A DNA stretch of 64,000 bases from Chlorokybus atmophyticus (GCA_009103225.1 RHPI01002119.1:373912-437911), one strand, 5' to 3'; shown: positions 1-14,362, numbered from the stretch's first letter. A program made the numbers and translations. Notes: generated by a model from the sequence alone, not told the origin.

Positions 1-3000
1 CTATCTAAACTTGTGCCAGCCGCTGCTGCTGCTAGTGTGCCTCGATGCATCAGCACCCCCCACTGTGGCGGGGCTTACCGCACTGCTGTTTGGCACCCCC
101 TCTCTAGTCATTTGTTGCATACAAGCACCAAGGTTTAAAACAGGCTCATCGTTCGCATCCGGGCTTTCGCTGGCGCGTACATGCCCAACAGCATGTGCAG
201 CGTGTTCTTCATCTTCACTTTGCGACAGGAGCACGAAGGTCGCACTGTGCAAACGTCTCACAATGCTGTTTGTTGCTGCTTCGGGCGATGAACTTGGGCT
301 CCTAATCCGCTTTGCGGGTGTGCGCCGGTTGTTGGTGGCGGTAGCATGCAGAACCGCTCCCCCATGCGCAAGGCTGCTGCCCTTACCACCAACAACGTTA
401 GCATCATTCTCATCACCATCATCCGCACCTTCCTCACTAGTCTTTGCTGCTGCAATGTCTTCCGCTGCCAGCTGTTCAATGCACGCCCGAAAAGCATCCG
501 TGCCTTTTTGGCTGCTTTTGACAGTGCTTGCTTCGTCCTCATCATACAGGCCTTCAAGGTCGAACGCATTGTCGTTGAAAAAATTGCCCTTTGCGGCGGA
601 TGCGCTGCTGCCATCTATGCCTTTCCCCAGTACCTGCACCTTGTCAGACAGCATCTTCCACAACATGTCATCCAACGTGTCTCTCGCCACCAGGTACTGA
701 ATTTCCACATCAGAAGTCTGCCAACCATGCAACCCGTCAACCAACACGTCGTTCAGCTACACCGCAGCAACTACACCAACCACATGTTATACAGCAGAAG
801 CACCCACCTGTCCAATGCGGTGTATGCGATCTTCAGCTTGCAACAGTGTTGCTGGTGTCCAGTACAGTTCGGCAAATACTGCCTTGTTGGCGGCTGTCAG
901 TGTGACTGCGATGCCGCCGGCTGTCATTCCAATGAGACCCACACGGCATTCTGAGCTCTCCTGTTCACGTGTTGAGTGGTCAGAACAAGCCATAAGTACC
1001 AGGCCATAAGTAACTGTAGCAAATCAGATCCAGGCCTTTCCTGCCTTAAGCCACGAACTCACCTGGAACGTGTTGATGAGCTTTGCACGTGTGGCAGACG
1101 GCGTTGCGCCGTCAATGCGGATAAAAGAAGGTGCGCCCGCTTCCGCCAAAGGGCCATTCTGAATCCCATTCAGTAGCTCCAAGTGATGAGCAAAAACCAA
1201 GAACTTCTCCCCTTGCCGTATCAGGTCCTGCACATGACGCACGACTGCCGGCACCTGTGAGTCATTAATGAGCTCTGATGCATGAGAGAAACACTATCCC
1301 GCGCAGTAGATGTGGTACCTTGGCTTTACCCGTGTCAATATAAAGCTTCACAAGCTGCGTTCTGAACTCATTTCTCTCAAGTGACGGCAGCTCATCCAGG
1401 TCTTCTTTAATCTGCTTTGCCAGAGCCATCGGCTCAGGCTGGATGTTCACCACTGTTCTTGACTTTATGGGTAGTGAGGCCAGCACCTCGTCCTTCAAGC
1501 GCCGGATCATGACGCTCGTACGCAGACACATGTACAGCTCGTTTAAGTGCGAAGCTCCGGAAATGTCAAGCCCGTATCGTGTCCTATGCGCAGCACAGTA
1601 CCTGCCACATAGCTGAGTCAGCACTGTGTTAATATTCTGTGCATAAGCTACTTTGCAGACACCATGCAAGGCACATGCTGGTATGTGTCTGCTATACACA
1701 CTACATACATACCTATAGTAAAATGTTTTTGCGCAGGGAAATCGCTCTGGGTCAAGGGCAGATACTTGAGTGAACAGTTCAGAAGGCCTTGATAGGGCTG
1801 GTGTGCCCGTCAAAAGAATAGCTCGCTTGGCTGCAGCCAGCAGTGGCAAGACAGCCTGTTACAAGGGCCACTTTACATATGTCCGCTTGAGGTGGCCAAC
1901 TACGCACAGACATATTGGACTTGCCTTTGTGCGAAGTGCGTTTGGGGACTTAATGTAGTGCGATTCATCTGCAATAATGACGCCAAACTTGTGCTTTTTC
2001 AATGAGTCGGGCATCTTGCTGATGAGGTCATATGATACAATAACAACGTCCGCATGGACAAAGAGGCGCTGCTTGCTTTCAGTCACCACCTAATCAATTC
2101 GGTCAGAAGGCTGCAACATTGACCCCGACACAACACCATGCCATGCTGGTCACCTGGATGGCATTTGTGGAGAGGTAAGCATAAGGCAGCCACTTGACAA
2201 GTTCTTGCTGCCAATGAAACCGCGCAGAGCTTGGTGCAATTATCAGCAACGGCCAATCTTGACGGAAGGCAGCTGCTGATGCTATTGCCTATGTATACCA
2301 AACCATGCCGCCGATGTCAGCCTCCACAGAGAGATCCCGTGTTGGGTTGCATTATTGAAAACGCAACAACTTGTACCATACCTGAATGGTCTTTCCTGAA
2401 CCTGGCTCATCCGCAATCATGGCACGACCATTGCGTGCAAGCACAAAGGCTGCACCCACCAGTTGAAAGGAGGCTAGGCTGTCAATTAAACTGGATGGCA
2501 CACCCGCCTGCCACAGAGAACCATTGGAACACACGGTCAGAGCCATGTGCTTGGCACACAACATGAAGTTGAGGCATCATGACATGGCGCAACTGACAAA
2601 AAGAATAAACACAGAACCTGTAGCAAAGTCTCCTTAGCAGCTTCTGCACCAGCTGCTGCTGGCTGATGCAAGGCACTTGCTGCAGCTAGTGCATCACGAG
2701 GGATGGGGTTAAACTTGATTTGAATGCGCGACAGAGCCGAGCAGACCTGGAATGCACACATCGCACACATCGTAAGCGTTGACAACCACCATTGGGAGCA
2801 ACCCGGTCATGCATCTGGTGCGAGGCATGGCGCAAGCAGTACCTGACCTCTGCATAACGGGTCAATGGGAACCGCCACAAGTGCTTTGCAGGCATGTAAC
2901 GGGCGTCTTTGACGCGTCGCATTGCGTCGTCCACTCGGCTTGACTGGCGTGGCATGTCAACTGCCAATGCACACGCCTGACAACTAGACACAACATGCAC

Positions 3001-4176
3001 CATGCTATGACTAATGTTAGGGTTCATGAAATGGGCTCACAGCGCAGTGCTGCTGACCAAAAAGGCAGTTGCATACAAACTGCATCATTTCTGCAAGTAA
3101 AGCTTGTTATGACGCACACATGCAGGCACGCATGCACACATGGGGGCGCGCGCAAGGCGCAGCAAGTCATGCGAGCAAATTTTGCATTGTGACGTATGGC
3201 TGAACAATTGGCAAATCACTCACGTATGAACTCGGTGGGTGATGTGAGCGCCAGTGTGCCAATGCGCGAGGAGAATGGGCGCGTTTGGTCCTCAACACTA
3301 GTAGCATTCCTTGTGTTCAATTGTGAACCAAGCTTCTGCTTTTTGCTGTTCCATGGCGAGCACGATGGCAGCGGCGAGCCCTACAAGCACATCACAAACA
3401 TGGTGTCAGCTGGCAAACCTCATTCCAAAGTATTTGTGGAGCTGCTAAAGCAGCGGCTCATGCAAGCAGCATGCCCAGCAACTACCTTCTGTGCACCAAC
3501 CTACTACCGCAATGGCTGTCACAATATCATGCAACGACCTAAGCGCGGTATGGTGTGGACTCCCCTTCCATATGACGCATAAAGCAGTTGCAGGTTTCCG
3601 TGTGTAATCTTGATATGTGCATTTCATGCTCAAATACATGCTCAACAATAACCTGCAGTGGCGCATAAACAACATGAAGTGATTCCAACCTGTCCACTGG
3701 TGCTGGGCTGCTCGTCCGCTGGCAGTGCGGTTTCCTCCCGTTCCCCCCTATCGCCTCCTCCAGTGCGCCTGGCGCTGGCATGTTTGTATTTAAACTGCGC
3801 CCAGATTGGTGGCGCAGACTTCCGTCGAGCCTGTATAACAAGTAGACAAAAACACGCATAAGCAAGCATGCAATTGAGTAACCATGCATGCAAGAAAGCA
3901 AGCAAGCAAGCAAGCTAGCTAGCTAGCAAACGAGTGACATTCTCTTCCATGTGCGCAAGCCCCGACGATTACCTCACTGGCGCCGTCGTCGCCTAAGCGC
4001 TGCCGTCCCGCAACAGCGTTGTAGGCCCTGCGCCCGCCGCGCCGCATGACGCCAGCGGCACCGCCAAGCATGCCCTGCACGTCAACGCCACGGATATGCA
4101 TAAGCATAAAGCCTGGATCTAAACTGGGGTCATTCCCGCCAAATAGGAAATCGTCGATATCAAAGCGGGGATCCAA
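1..4176 (-). CDS. SMARCAL1: SMARCAL1/HARP-like SNF2 annealing helicase (multi-exon); stop codon at 1-3, 5' end uncertain
   Basis: Spliced minus-strand exons give the SNF2 motifs IADEPGSGKTIQ (I), VIIADESHYIK (II), LLTGTPALSRPSELFTQV (III), MIRRLKDEVLASLP, KFLVFAHH, FIRIDGATPS and GGIAVTLTAANKAVFAELYWTPATLLQAEDRIHRIGQ (V/VI). A HARP-like N-terminal segment (KDARYMPAKHLWRFPLTRY) lies at ~2.85-2.98 kb. Exons above ~3.4 kb are assigned by splice signals only. Confidence 0.85.
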
Positions 4177-4184
4177 AACCCTAA
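4176..4184 (+). promoter_or_regulatory. Telo-box AAACCCTAA
   Basis: Exact 9-mer between the divergent SMARCAL1 and GOS1 5' ends. Confidence 0.5.
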
Positions 4185-4610
4185 CGGCGAGGCTGACGGT
4201 GCTGTTGTGGACGGCGACGAGGAGAAGGCGGCGGCGGAGGTGGAGGGAGAGGACGGAGTGAACGTGGTCAGTGGCTCTGTGGGTCCTTGTGGAAGATCAG
4301 GAGAGATCTGTTAACCAGGCGGCGGGGCCGATTGTGGAAGGGCTTGGAAGGTTGGGGTGGTGCGCGAGGTGCAGCTGGGTATGGTTGCCAAGGTCAAGGG
4401 TCAGGGGCGGCCGCAGTGAGTGCTGGTTTGCTGGTGGTAGGGGGCCTTGAGGCTGGGAGGGTGGTGGTCGAGTCAGCCGTGGCTACGGCTACGCCGTCGG
4501 CGGGACCGGCGCCCGTCGTCGGCCGCTCCAAGCCAGGCTTGCGCCCAATGGCATCCGCACGCCCACTCAAAACCCTCGCTGGAGGTGGCGTGACCACTCC
4601 CAGCAGGGTC

Positions 4611-6000
4611 ATGAGCTCCACATGGGAAGATCTGCGCAAAGAGGTGAGATTATCAAGCAGCTGTGTGCGGTCTTTTGTTGGCTGTGTACATTTGTCATTC
4701 AACACACACGTGTCATAACGGTGGCTTCCAACACGCGACATGTTGAAATTGCTGCAAGGAGTTGCTGCAAATATGCACAAGATGGTTGCCGTCTGCAGCC
4801 GGAGCATGCTGGATTGCATTGGTTAGCAACTCTAAGCAATGCATGGCAAGCTCATTAAATATCGTGTTTACAATGCATTCTGTCAGGCTCGCATGTGCTA
4901 TCCATTTTGCATGCAATATTGTATCTGTGGTGGATGACAAATGATGTGCCCTTTAGGCAAGGAAGTTGGAAGGCGAGCTGGATGTAAAGCTGGTGTCCTT
5001 TTCAAAACTCAGCAGCGGGTATGCGGGCTCTTTAACAATGGAGGGAGGCAGTGGAGATACGCCAGAGCTGCTTTCTGCTACTAAAGCTGCAGAGATCGAG
5101 TCGCTGTTACGTCGGCTGGGCGACGTGAATGCCGCCATGGCTGCGTGCATTGGCGCTGGCTCCTCGGAAGTTTTGACACACACTCTTGCGCGACACCGCG
5201 ACATCCTACATGAGTTTACACAGGTGTGCAGTCGCATTGTTGTAGGTCTATTGCAGGCCTATCAAGGTTTATAGATTCTGTCAAGGTTTATGTACACTAT
5301 GTATACTCACTACAGTGCGCTGATATGTGCATAACTAGTACAGGATGCAGTTTAGTCATGTATTGACATAACAACAATACCCTCACATAGTGGGTTATGT
5401 GCCATGTTCTCCCATTTGATTGCAGGAGTTTAGGCGTACGCGATCGTCAGTCAATGCAAGCCGTGATCATGCAGAGCTGTTAATGGGTTTTGATCGAGAT
5501 AGCAGCAATTTTGCTGGTGCCAATGCGTCAACATCCGCGCAATTGCTGCGCGAGCGAGGCAACATACACAGCTCTACTTCACAGGTACTGCAAGCTGTTG
5601 GCAGTGTCTTTGGTGGAGCAGTGCTGATAGCAGGCATGGCCGCCCCTTGCATCAGTCTCGTAAAGCTGGCATCATAAACAGATGGACGAAGTGATCGATG
5701 TTGCAGAGTCCACTTCGTCAGTCCTGCAACAACAGCGGCTGTTGTTCATGGATGTCAACTCCAAGCTTGGAACTTTGGGCGCCAAGTTTCCAGTTGTAAG
5801 TGTAACTGCCTGATTGGCCACTACCCAAGTCCTGCATCGCATGCACATATTTATCGGTTGGCTGATGAGTTGAGTGCCTTGGGCAGGTAAACTCGTTGCT
5901 GACCATGATTAGGCGAAAGAAATCCAAGGATACGATGATTTTGGCGGCGGTGATTGCCGTGTGTACATTGTTGTTGATATTGTACTGGTGGAATAAGTGA
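4611..6000 (+). CDS. GOS1: Golgi SNARE GOS1/GOSR1 (GOS11/12-like), multi-exon
   Basis: MSSTWEDLRKE|ARKLEGELDVKLVSFSKL...THTLARHRDILHEFTQ|EFRRTR...LLRERGNIH...|...KLGTLGAKFPV|VNSLLTMIRRKKSKDTMILAAVIAVCTLLLILYWWNK*. Has the C-terminal TM anchor typical of Qb-SNARE GOS1. Confidence 0.93.
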
Positions 6001-8081
6001 CCGCTTTTTTTGCGTGCGGCTTTCCCCAACCCTGTTACATTTCGCGCTGTGGCTAGTTCTGCTAAGCGCTGTGGCTAGTCCTGCTAAGCTGCGTCGTGCA
6101 CCAGTTAGACTGCATGCTCTGTCAGGCATAATTCTTGACAACTTTGCACAACCTTGTACGCACAGTTCAACATTGTTCAAGCTCCTTGAGTTCCGTTGTA
6201 ATATGGCCCATATGGCCTTGTTTCGCATGCATGCTGCATTGCTGGATACCAGAGGGAGAATATGAAAAAAGGATAAAACCAACTGCAAAGTAAGTTGTGT
6301 ACTGTAGTGAAGTCACAACAACAGTATGGTAAGCATTTTCCAGCAGTCACCTCTAGTAGCTTTGCCTTGTAACGTTCTGAGGTACCAGATCGGCAGCCGC
6401 TGCTGGACAATGACAATGCCAATAACAATCATCCCGCAGCGACCATCAGGTCCACTTGGTGATACAACTTGCAGTTCAAACTTGTGAAATACGCGTACCC
6501 GCCCACATCACACAATCGCCTGCAATGCTGTTTCTTCGTATGTTACTGGCTTGCAAGTGCTGTATCCGGTTACAAGCGTGCGTTAGTGATGGCGACTATT
6601 CGCACGTAATGACAAGTGCAGGCCAGGCTCGTATCCACGTTCAAACGACTTGTGGTTCAGTTGTTTGGCCCACTGGACATGTTGCGGTGTCGCACTGGCT
6701 CAAACTAGTTGTCTACTGCTTGTCTTATCTATCAGGCCGTCTTCCAGCCTGCTCGTAATGGTTTTCCATTGAGAGGACTGAAGAGACGTTGCCAGCCCCA
6801 GACCTGTGCAGATGGAAGCGTCTAAGCATGCACGAACAGGGGTTAGCTCTCGCCAAGCGAAGGCGACAAGTGCGCATGTACTCTACACGTGACAGGTGGA
6901 TATCTGAGCTGAAGTGAGCTTCAACTCTGTACTTTATATGCAAACAAAAGCGTTGGTCAGGCACTGCTTAGCTGAGATGCACACACAACGTGCATGACAG
7001 GTCATTATGGATAAGGCATTGGGACTTCATCATGCTACTGTTTCTTGCGTACACGACGTTTGTCACCCCGAACGAGGCAGGCTAATCAGAGTAACCACCC
7101 GTACGCACGAGTACTGTCTCTGAAGTTCTCAACTCTCTGTAACTACTACTTTTGGCTACATCCACAGGCTTGCTTCTTGGACACGCAATGGACTGAACCG
7201 CTGTTCTGGATCGTGTTGTGGTCTTTGGCTTCATCATGGACATCTTCAACTTCAACCGAGAATACTTTGATGACGAGCCACGAGCATGATTATAAAATCA
7301 ACGAATGGTTAGGCGTGTTGTACTTGTACACATGCCAAGGACACGAAGACACATCATGCATGCACCAACGCTTTTCTGATGCTGTCTTCTGCAGGTGACC
7401 ATGCCTTATCTCAAAGGCGACGTCACTGTGGATTTGTTCACCGTTCGATATTGTCGGAATGCTTGTGGACCAATCGGTATAGTGTTGGAGTCATACCACC
7501 ACAAGATGCTGGACCTGCATGCGTAACCAGCATGAATGCAAGAGTGCATACATTCACATACGTGTGTGCGCGCGTGCACCAAAGGTTGTTGCGTGTGATT
7601 TGGATCTGTACAAAAGTTGAGCATGAGCGCAAGCCAGCGTGCGCATGTCTGTTAAGCTGTTGAGTTGAGTTGCTCGTGTGCTTCCCCTGTCAAAATCAGC
7701 AAAGACAAAGTGTCAAACAATGCTTGGACTTGTATGTGTACTGCGTAGAATTGCAGGCCAGTCGACGCTGCACTGCACGGCAACTATACTGCCTGCTGTG
7801 CAATTGCGCAACGATTACGCCCATAGCGGTAATTGCTCCCTTGCCAACAGTCGAAGCGAGCGCCAACAACACATATGAACCATACAGCACGAAACCATGC
7901 AAAGTCGCAACAGAGCAGGCGACAACACTGGCCACCTATGGCAGATTAGCATCACACTGACTTTGCCACACATAGAGACGGTTGCGTCTGTATTTGCTTT
8001 CATGCAAACACAGAGCATGCATTATTATACAGCTGCCAGACAGACTATCACACTAGCAATCCTGAGCACCAGAATCCATGT

Positions 8082-11080
8082 TTAGGGAGCACGCTGCCGT
8101 ATCAACTCCAGGGAATCCTTGAATTCTCTAAACAATTGTTCCAATCTGGGCAAGCACACCCAATGTTAAGAAGACCCCATACAACGGGCCGCAAGAGTTA
8201 GACCCAGCTAACAAGCCTGCAACAGCCCACATAGAGTTTCAGCAACCACTTACTGCTGTTCCGTATCTCCACTGGTACCCTCTTTCTGTTCAGACTCCTG
8301 CAGATCATTATCGACAGGTGCTTCCGCCTTTTGTTTGGTCTCCGTTCCACTGCAATTGGCAGGTACACATGCGTTGGTCGCACATTGAGCAAATGCGATA
8401 TAACCATATAGGCACCTACCTTCTGAACCGCAACATGACAAAGCCAGATTTGGTATCGCGCACTGCTTTGCCTTTGAGGTCACTCCGAGAATCGCTCAAG
8501 TGCTCCTTGCGCAACCGGTGCAAGATTAGCAAGCGAAAGGCTTCGTGAGCTTCCGTGGACGCTCGCAACCGCACATACAGAAGCAGCTCCCAAACGCGAC
8601 GCAGTTGTGGCTGCACGCATCATTTTCATAAGCCACAAAGCATAGCACAGCTGGCAGTCTCGCACTTGTTGACATTGGCATCAGTTTGCCAACCAGAAGT
8701 TGACTAATTACCAGCAAGCACCAAGTACCTTATACAACTTCATTTGGCGGCGCAAATCTTCAGCAAGTGCACCAGGCAGGCACATTGCCTCCATCACGCG
8801 TGCTGTTGCTTCGGCATCAGAGGCGTCACCACGCGTTCGCATAATTTCTGCACCAGTGGCAACAGCAGCATCTGCGGCGGCAGTCAATGCCGGATGGTCT
8901 CGCAAGCGCTTGTAGTCATCAATGTCCCGCAGTTTCTGAAACTCCTATACATATGCATACAGCCATCAGTACCACAGGGGGAAGCAAGCAAGACACTAGC
9001 GACCACAAACGATGAGCACGCAGCGCGTTGACCAGGTCAGGTGTTTTGCTCGCTGGAATATAGCTGCATATTGTGTGTGACAATGCATGAATGTTACATG
9101 CCATCATGCCATTGTGGCTGTCAGACCTACTGGTTGTACCTCGCTGGGATCTTCAACGGTGACATCCACAGCTGCTATCCTATTTGCTTGTTCGTAGACT
9201 GCATGCAACAGCCGCTTGGCGTGACCTTGTCGTTGAAACGGGGGGAGTATGAGCACCTGAGCAAACGCTGATTAGTAAAGGAGTCTTCAACATGCTCAGC
9301 ACTGGCAGAAGGGTAACATGCTTACACACCTGGCTCACTCGCAAACGGGACCTGTCTGGGAATGAATAGAATCTGTGATACGTGCAGAAACCAACGACAC
9401 GGGTGTTGTCGGCGCCATTAGTAACTGTCCGCTCAATGGCCACCACCAGCTCCCAATGTGGATCGGACGAGTCGATAAAGTTGGCACCTGCATAATTGGA
9501 ATGTCAAAACAGACACGTAGTACCTCATCATTTGCTGAGGTGCAAGCCACAAAACTGCTGCCTAGCATGTTGGTAGCCGAGTGCACACATGTAAACAACG
9601 ACTGACCATCGATATAGTATAGGATGAGGGGCTGCACTCGGTCGTACCAGTCTCGCACTTTGGCAGCCGATAAAGGAAGCGACCATACCTATGACACTCA
9701 GCAGTCAGCAACTGATTGACTCAAGATGTGATGCATTCACGTGCCACACATACGCACGCCCACGCACGCTACCTCATAGCAGGTGTCACTATCTTGGGCC
9801 TTGCTGCTTGAGATGACTTTGCCATGATCAAGCACACTGCCAAGAAGATGGCGTTATATGAAAAGCCCAACTAACAATTCCATTGTGGACAACTAATGTA
9901 CCTACCTGCCAGCTTGAGAGTTCTGCAACACTTTTGCAAACTCGGCCTCATCTTGTGTAAAACCTGCTGGCATCATCTCCTGCGCATGCACAACACATGA
10001 GTCAGCGCTTTCCACAAGTTGATGACTACTGCACGCTTTCTCTCACACCGGGTACCTTTAGCTTGTCCACAATGTCGTCTGGCTTTCTTAACCCGCCCTG
10101 AACGTGTCCACAGTCGGTTAATGCTGCCATTGGTATTTAATGCATTGGTAACAGACCTGACATCAATACAGCGTGCTATGAAGGCAACCCACCTTGACTT
10201 TTGCTTCATACTGTATGTCGACATAGGTCTCAAATGAGACAGCGTGCATGTAGATGTTCACCTGTAAGCACAAGCGCAAGTCATGATCTGCGAGCTCATG
10301 TGAATTCCATAACGGTGTTTATGAGAGCTCAATACAACTCTCAGTTGCTTGCCTGGAGATCCTTGTAACCATATATCACTTCATCCTGGCCAAAAATCTG
10401 GTGCGTCATTTCGGGACTGAACCCATCGCTGTCACGCATATCTTCAACGGTGTTCATTGCCATGAGTGCAAGCGCCAGAGTAAGCTTCTCAGCAGAGCAA
10501 CTGTTGTAATGTTTCTCTGGAACAGAGGTACGTTGCAAGCAGCGAAATACAGATGCATGCACGCACCTAGATGAAGCACAACGGCCTCATTTGCATCGCA
10601 CTCCCATTTGTTCTTGACAGCTGGCCCAGCTCCAGCGGTGTCTTCGGCTAGGCAACCTGTTGTGAGCAAGGCCTTGCTTCAACACAGCTCACAATATAGA
10701 TAATGTGTGTTGGTTGCACATGGGCATTTGTACTAACATTACAGCTGTCAACTTCGTGCTTACTGATGCTTGCTGTTGCTGGTGTCAGTTACCCATCAGT
10801 GAGAACGGAATACAACAGTGAAGCAAGTAGGATTAAGCTTACACAATACAACAGTGAAGTAAAAGACTTAAAGCAAGTAGGATTGTACGAGAAGGAAGAA
10901 ACAGAAAAGATGTAACTGGACTTGTGCCTGGAATCGCTCCTTGGCAGCACACTGGCAAATGTTTGTGTTATGTATTACCAGAGAGCAAAGGGGCTTACTG
11001 CTGAGCGACGAAAGCTTGGGGCGCTTGACTGCTGGCTCAGAAGCGTCCGGATGCTGCCTGGCCATGCTGCTGGAAGGCAT
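8082..11080 (-). CDS. HAT1: Histone acetyltransferase type B catalytic subunit (HAT1/HAG2), multi-exon
   Basis: Exons encode KWECDANEAVVLHL, FSPEMTHQIFGQDEVIYGYKDLQ, DWYDRVQPLILYYIDGANFIDSSDPHWE, RLRVSQ|VLILPPFQRQGHAKRLL (acetyl-CoA motif A) and DVTVEDPSE|EFQKLRD, ending LIRQRAP* (TAA at 8082-8084). Confidence 0.93.
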
Positions 11081-11403
11081 GTGTGATGCTACTTAAACAC
11101 ACACGCTAAAACCCCGAAGCAGCCACCAGCAAGCAGTGGCGACCTGAGCTTGTTCCTGCGTTCTGCAATCTCGACAAGCAGCGACTCCGCCCAACCACAG
11201 CAGCAGAAAAAGACAGCCTCTCGGAAACCTTGGCAAAGACCACCCCTTACCACTCCTCTGAAGCACCCTACTGCCGCCGCCGCCGCCGCCGCCGCCGCCT
11301 ACTATTACACCTTGAACAAGCGAACTGAGCTCACTCTGTGCTCAAGCTTGCAAGAAGCGTTATTTTCTGAATTTTCCCATTGTTTTCCCGCGCAAAGACT
11401 GAC

Positions 11404-11412
11404 AAACCCTAA
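11404..11412 (+). promoter_or_regulatory. Telo-box AAACCCTAA
   Basis: Exact 9-mer ~95 bp upstream of the RBMX2 ATG. Confidence 0.55.
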
Positions 11413-11506
11413 CACAAACGCAGGCGGCGACTGCGGCGGGGAAGGACGACGACGAGGAGGTGGAGGGAGAGGTCAGGGACGTGGAGGGGTCTGGTTGGGA
11501 GCGGGG

Positions 11507-13588
11507 ATGAATCCTCTGACGCAGATCAAGAACACTCAGAAGATCACTGCTCGTGAGGTGGAGGCGGGGCTTGGGGACGACAGCTCTTGGCACGCCAAGT
11601 ACAAGGACTCCGCCTACGTCTATGTGGGCGGCCTGCCCTTCTCCCTCACTGAAGGCGACCTCTTGGCCGTCTTCGCTCAGTAAGGATTGCGTTGAATAGC
11701 TCTTGTGCGTAGCGTCGCTGCTTGTTGCTGAGCTGGCACGCAGTTTCACCTTGCTTAGCTAGCATGTTTTATCGACGCTTACTTGGGTTGAATGATTTTC
11801 TGCTTGTTAAGGTACTTTAAAAAGTTGCTGGTGATAACTATCGTATGTAACATGCAATATTTGTTTGTTACGCGAACTTGCTTGGTATGTGTGGTTGTCT
11901 TTTGCCATGATGAAGGTGCTGTCTATGCGTGCATTGGCTGCACCTACACCTAAATTAGCTGACAACCCAAAGTTTTGTTCAGCTCTTTATCTGTGGGTGA
12001 GCTCCCTTCTTAACAGACGCCAGCGTCAACTCTCGCTCTTACTCGTTATGTCATTATTGTGCCCTACATCACGTGTGCACACGCCCATCCGAGTACCGTA
12101 TTATAGTGCTTCCATTAGTCTCAAAGTAACTGATGGTTTTCCTGCTCTAAAATGTACCTGCCTGTGATAATGCGTGCTAAGTCATTGGGCTGGACATATG
12201 TTGCATAAAGGTCGTAGCGAAGCATGGCGGTACTGTGTAGAGTTTGTGCTGTGCACAACAACATTGACTCACCTTGTATGCGCGCAATACAGGTATGGCG
12301 AGATTATGGACGTCAATTTGGTGAAAGATCCCGACACTGGCAAGAGCAAAGGCTTTGCTTTCCTGGCTTACGAAGACCAGCGATCAACTGTCCTGTCTGT
12401 TGGTAAGCTACCCAAACGCATGCTGCTACATTGTCACAGATTGAGGGAAACATACACAGTCCCAGATCAGTGACAGAAGTTGCATCATGTGCGCTGCCAT
12501 ATGGATGATGTCCTCAATAGTCAGGTACTGACATGTTCAATTGCGAAATTGCAGACAACTTGAATGGTGCCAAGGTTGCCGGCCGCATTGTGAAGGTGGA
12601 CCATGTGGCAAAGTACAAGCGCAAGCTTGAAGAGGACCCCGAAGAGAAGGAGAAGGCGCGAGAAGAGAGGGGAGTGTGCTACGCGTTTCAGCGTGGCGAG
12701 TGCAAGCGCGGCTCAGCTTGCAAGTTCTCGCACGACCTTGAGGTCAGGGCATCAAGTCAACGTGCTGCATGACATGAGCGGTATTATAGACTTGTAATTT
12801 GGTTAGTTTTAAAGTGGCTACATGAGTGTGGTCATTTCTTGCAGCGCCATGCGAATACTGGCTGGGGACGGCCGGAAGACAAAGACGGAGAGCGCTGGAA
12901 GAATGACCGGTACGATGGCCCTGAGAGGTCGCGTGATCGGGGTGGGCCCTCAGGCGCTAATGCTCAACCAGTTGTGGCACGGCGACCTGTCTCTAATGAC
13001 CCACAACCTGTGCCATCTTCTTCAGGTGAGGCTAGGCTAGTGCAATCTCATCCCACTGTTTTAGCAGTGAAAGTATTATGGCATCGCATCCACTGGGCGT
13101 CTAACAACACATCTTTATCTAAGCAAGCAATCTGCATGCGTCGCACATGTTGCTGACTTCATACATAATTGCATGACCTTAGCAACACGCCTCTTGCCGC
13201 AGGTGCGCTTCCGTGGGAAGGAGGAGTGTTTTCTATCCTCAGCTCAGGTAGCAAAGCCGCAGAAGCGAAGCGAGAGAAGCGCAAGGCCGGGCACGGTGCT
13301 GAGCCGAGCAGCAGCAGATCCAAGAGCGATGATAGGGAAGGCACCAATGGAGTACATAAAAGCAGCAGAGACCAAGACAGAGACAGGGAAAGAGACAGCA
13401 ACGGAGACAGAGACAGGGACAGAGACAGGAACGGAGACAGAGACAGAGACAGGGTCAGAGATAGCGGCAGAGGCAGGGATAGGGATAGAGATAGAAGTAG
13501 GGATGATACCAGGCAGGAAGATAGAGAGGGGAGAAGCGATCGGGGACAGTCTGATAGAGGCAGGGACCAGGATAGAAGGAGAACTTGA
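11507..13588 (+). CDS. RBMX2: RBMX2/IST3(Snu17)-like RRM protein of the RES splicing complex, with CCCH zinc finger and RD-rich tail
   Basis: MNPLTQIKNTQKITARE...SWHAKYKDSAYVYVGGLPFSLTEGDLLAVFAQ|YGEIMDVNLVKDPDTGKSKGFAFLAYEDQRSTVLSV|DNLNGAKVAGRIVKVDHV. CCCH finger CYAFQRGECKRGSACKFSH. C-terminal DRDRDR repeats. Confidence 0.93.
13370..13570 (+). repeat. Coding low-complexity (GACAGA/GACAGG)n run encoding an Arg-Asp dipeptide tail
   Basis: agagacagggacagagacaggaacggagacagagacagagacagg... translates as RDRDRDR within the last RBMX2 exon. Confidence 0.85.
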
Positions 13589-14362
13589 GAGCCGCAAGTG
13601 TTGGATGATGGAAGGTGTTATGGATGCGGCCAATGTAGGTTGTGTACTTGGTCCGACATGTCCTGACAGGATTGCTTCCCTCCTGCACAACTGTGTACCG
13701 AGGTTAATGTAGCCAACGAGTTTGTATCGTGGATGCCAAACAAACATGTGGTCTCGTGTAATGGCCTGCTCAGGCAACCCTGCCAGCACTAAGTAAACAG
13801 GAGTTCAAATGTTCAATCCACCTGTTGTGGTCTACATTGCAGCAGTTAAGCAAGCCAGTCTGTCGCTCAACATATGCTGATTCACAGCTACAGGCAAGTG
13901 ACCTGTGTATATAAGGGGTATGGTACGGTGTGTACAAAGCGCTTGCTTCTGAAGCCGAGTCCGTGTGCAAATAGCATTCAACTCTTCTAAACTATGTCAT
14001 CCTGCAGCAGAGGCATTGCTCGCAGAGCTGCGTTAACAGCAACTGTTCATGCAATCTCAGTGCAGCCCGCAACTGACCTCATCTGAAGACCAAGGCAGCA
14101 TCTGTGACAAGCGCAAGGCCTGCTAAGAAGGTCAGATCCATATGGCTTGACACAAGTGCTGCAAGCTGCAGCCCGCTCCTAGCAACAAGTCCGCCCAAAC
14201 TTGACCAGAATGTAGGGTGGGTGCTAACAAGTGCACCATTGATGCATACAGCTACGACTTGTTGCACATCGTCAGAATACTTGAGTAACATTATACAGCA
14301 TACCCCTTACCTACGCACGTATGTACAGGCAACTATACTTTGCAATTATACAAAGCATAACT

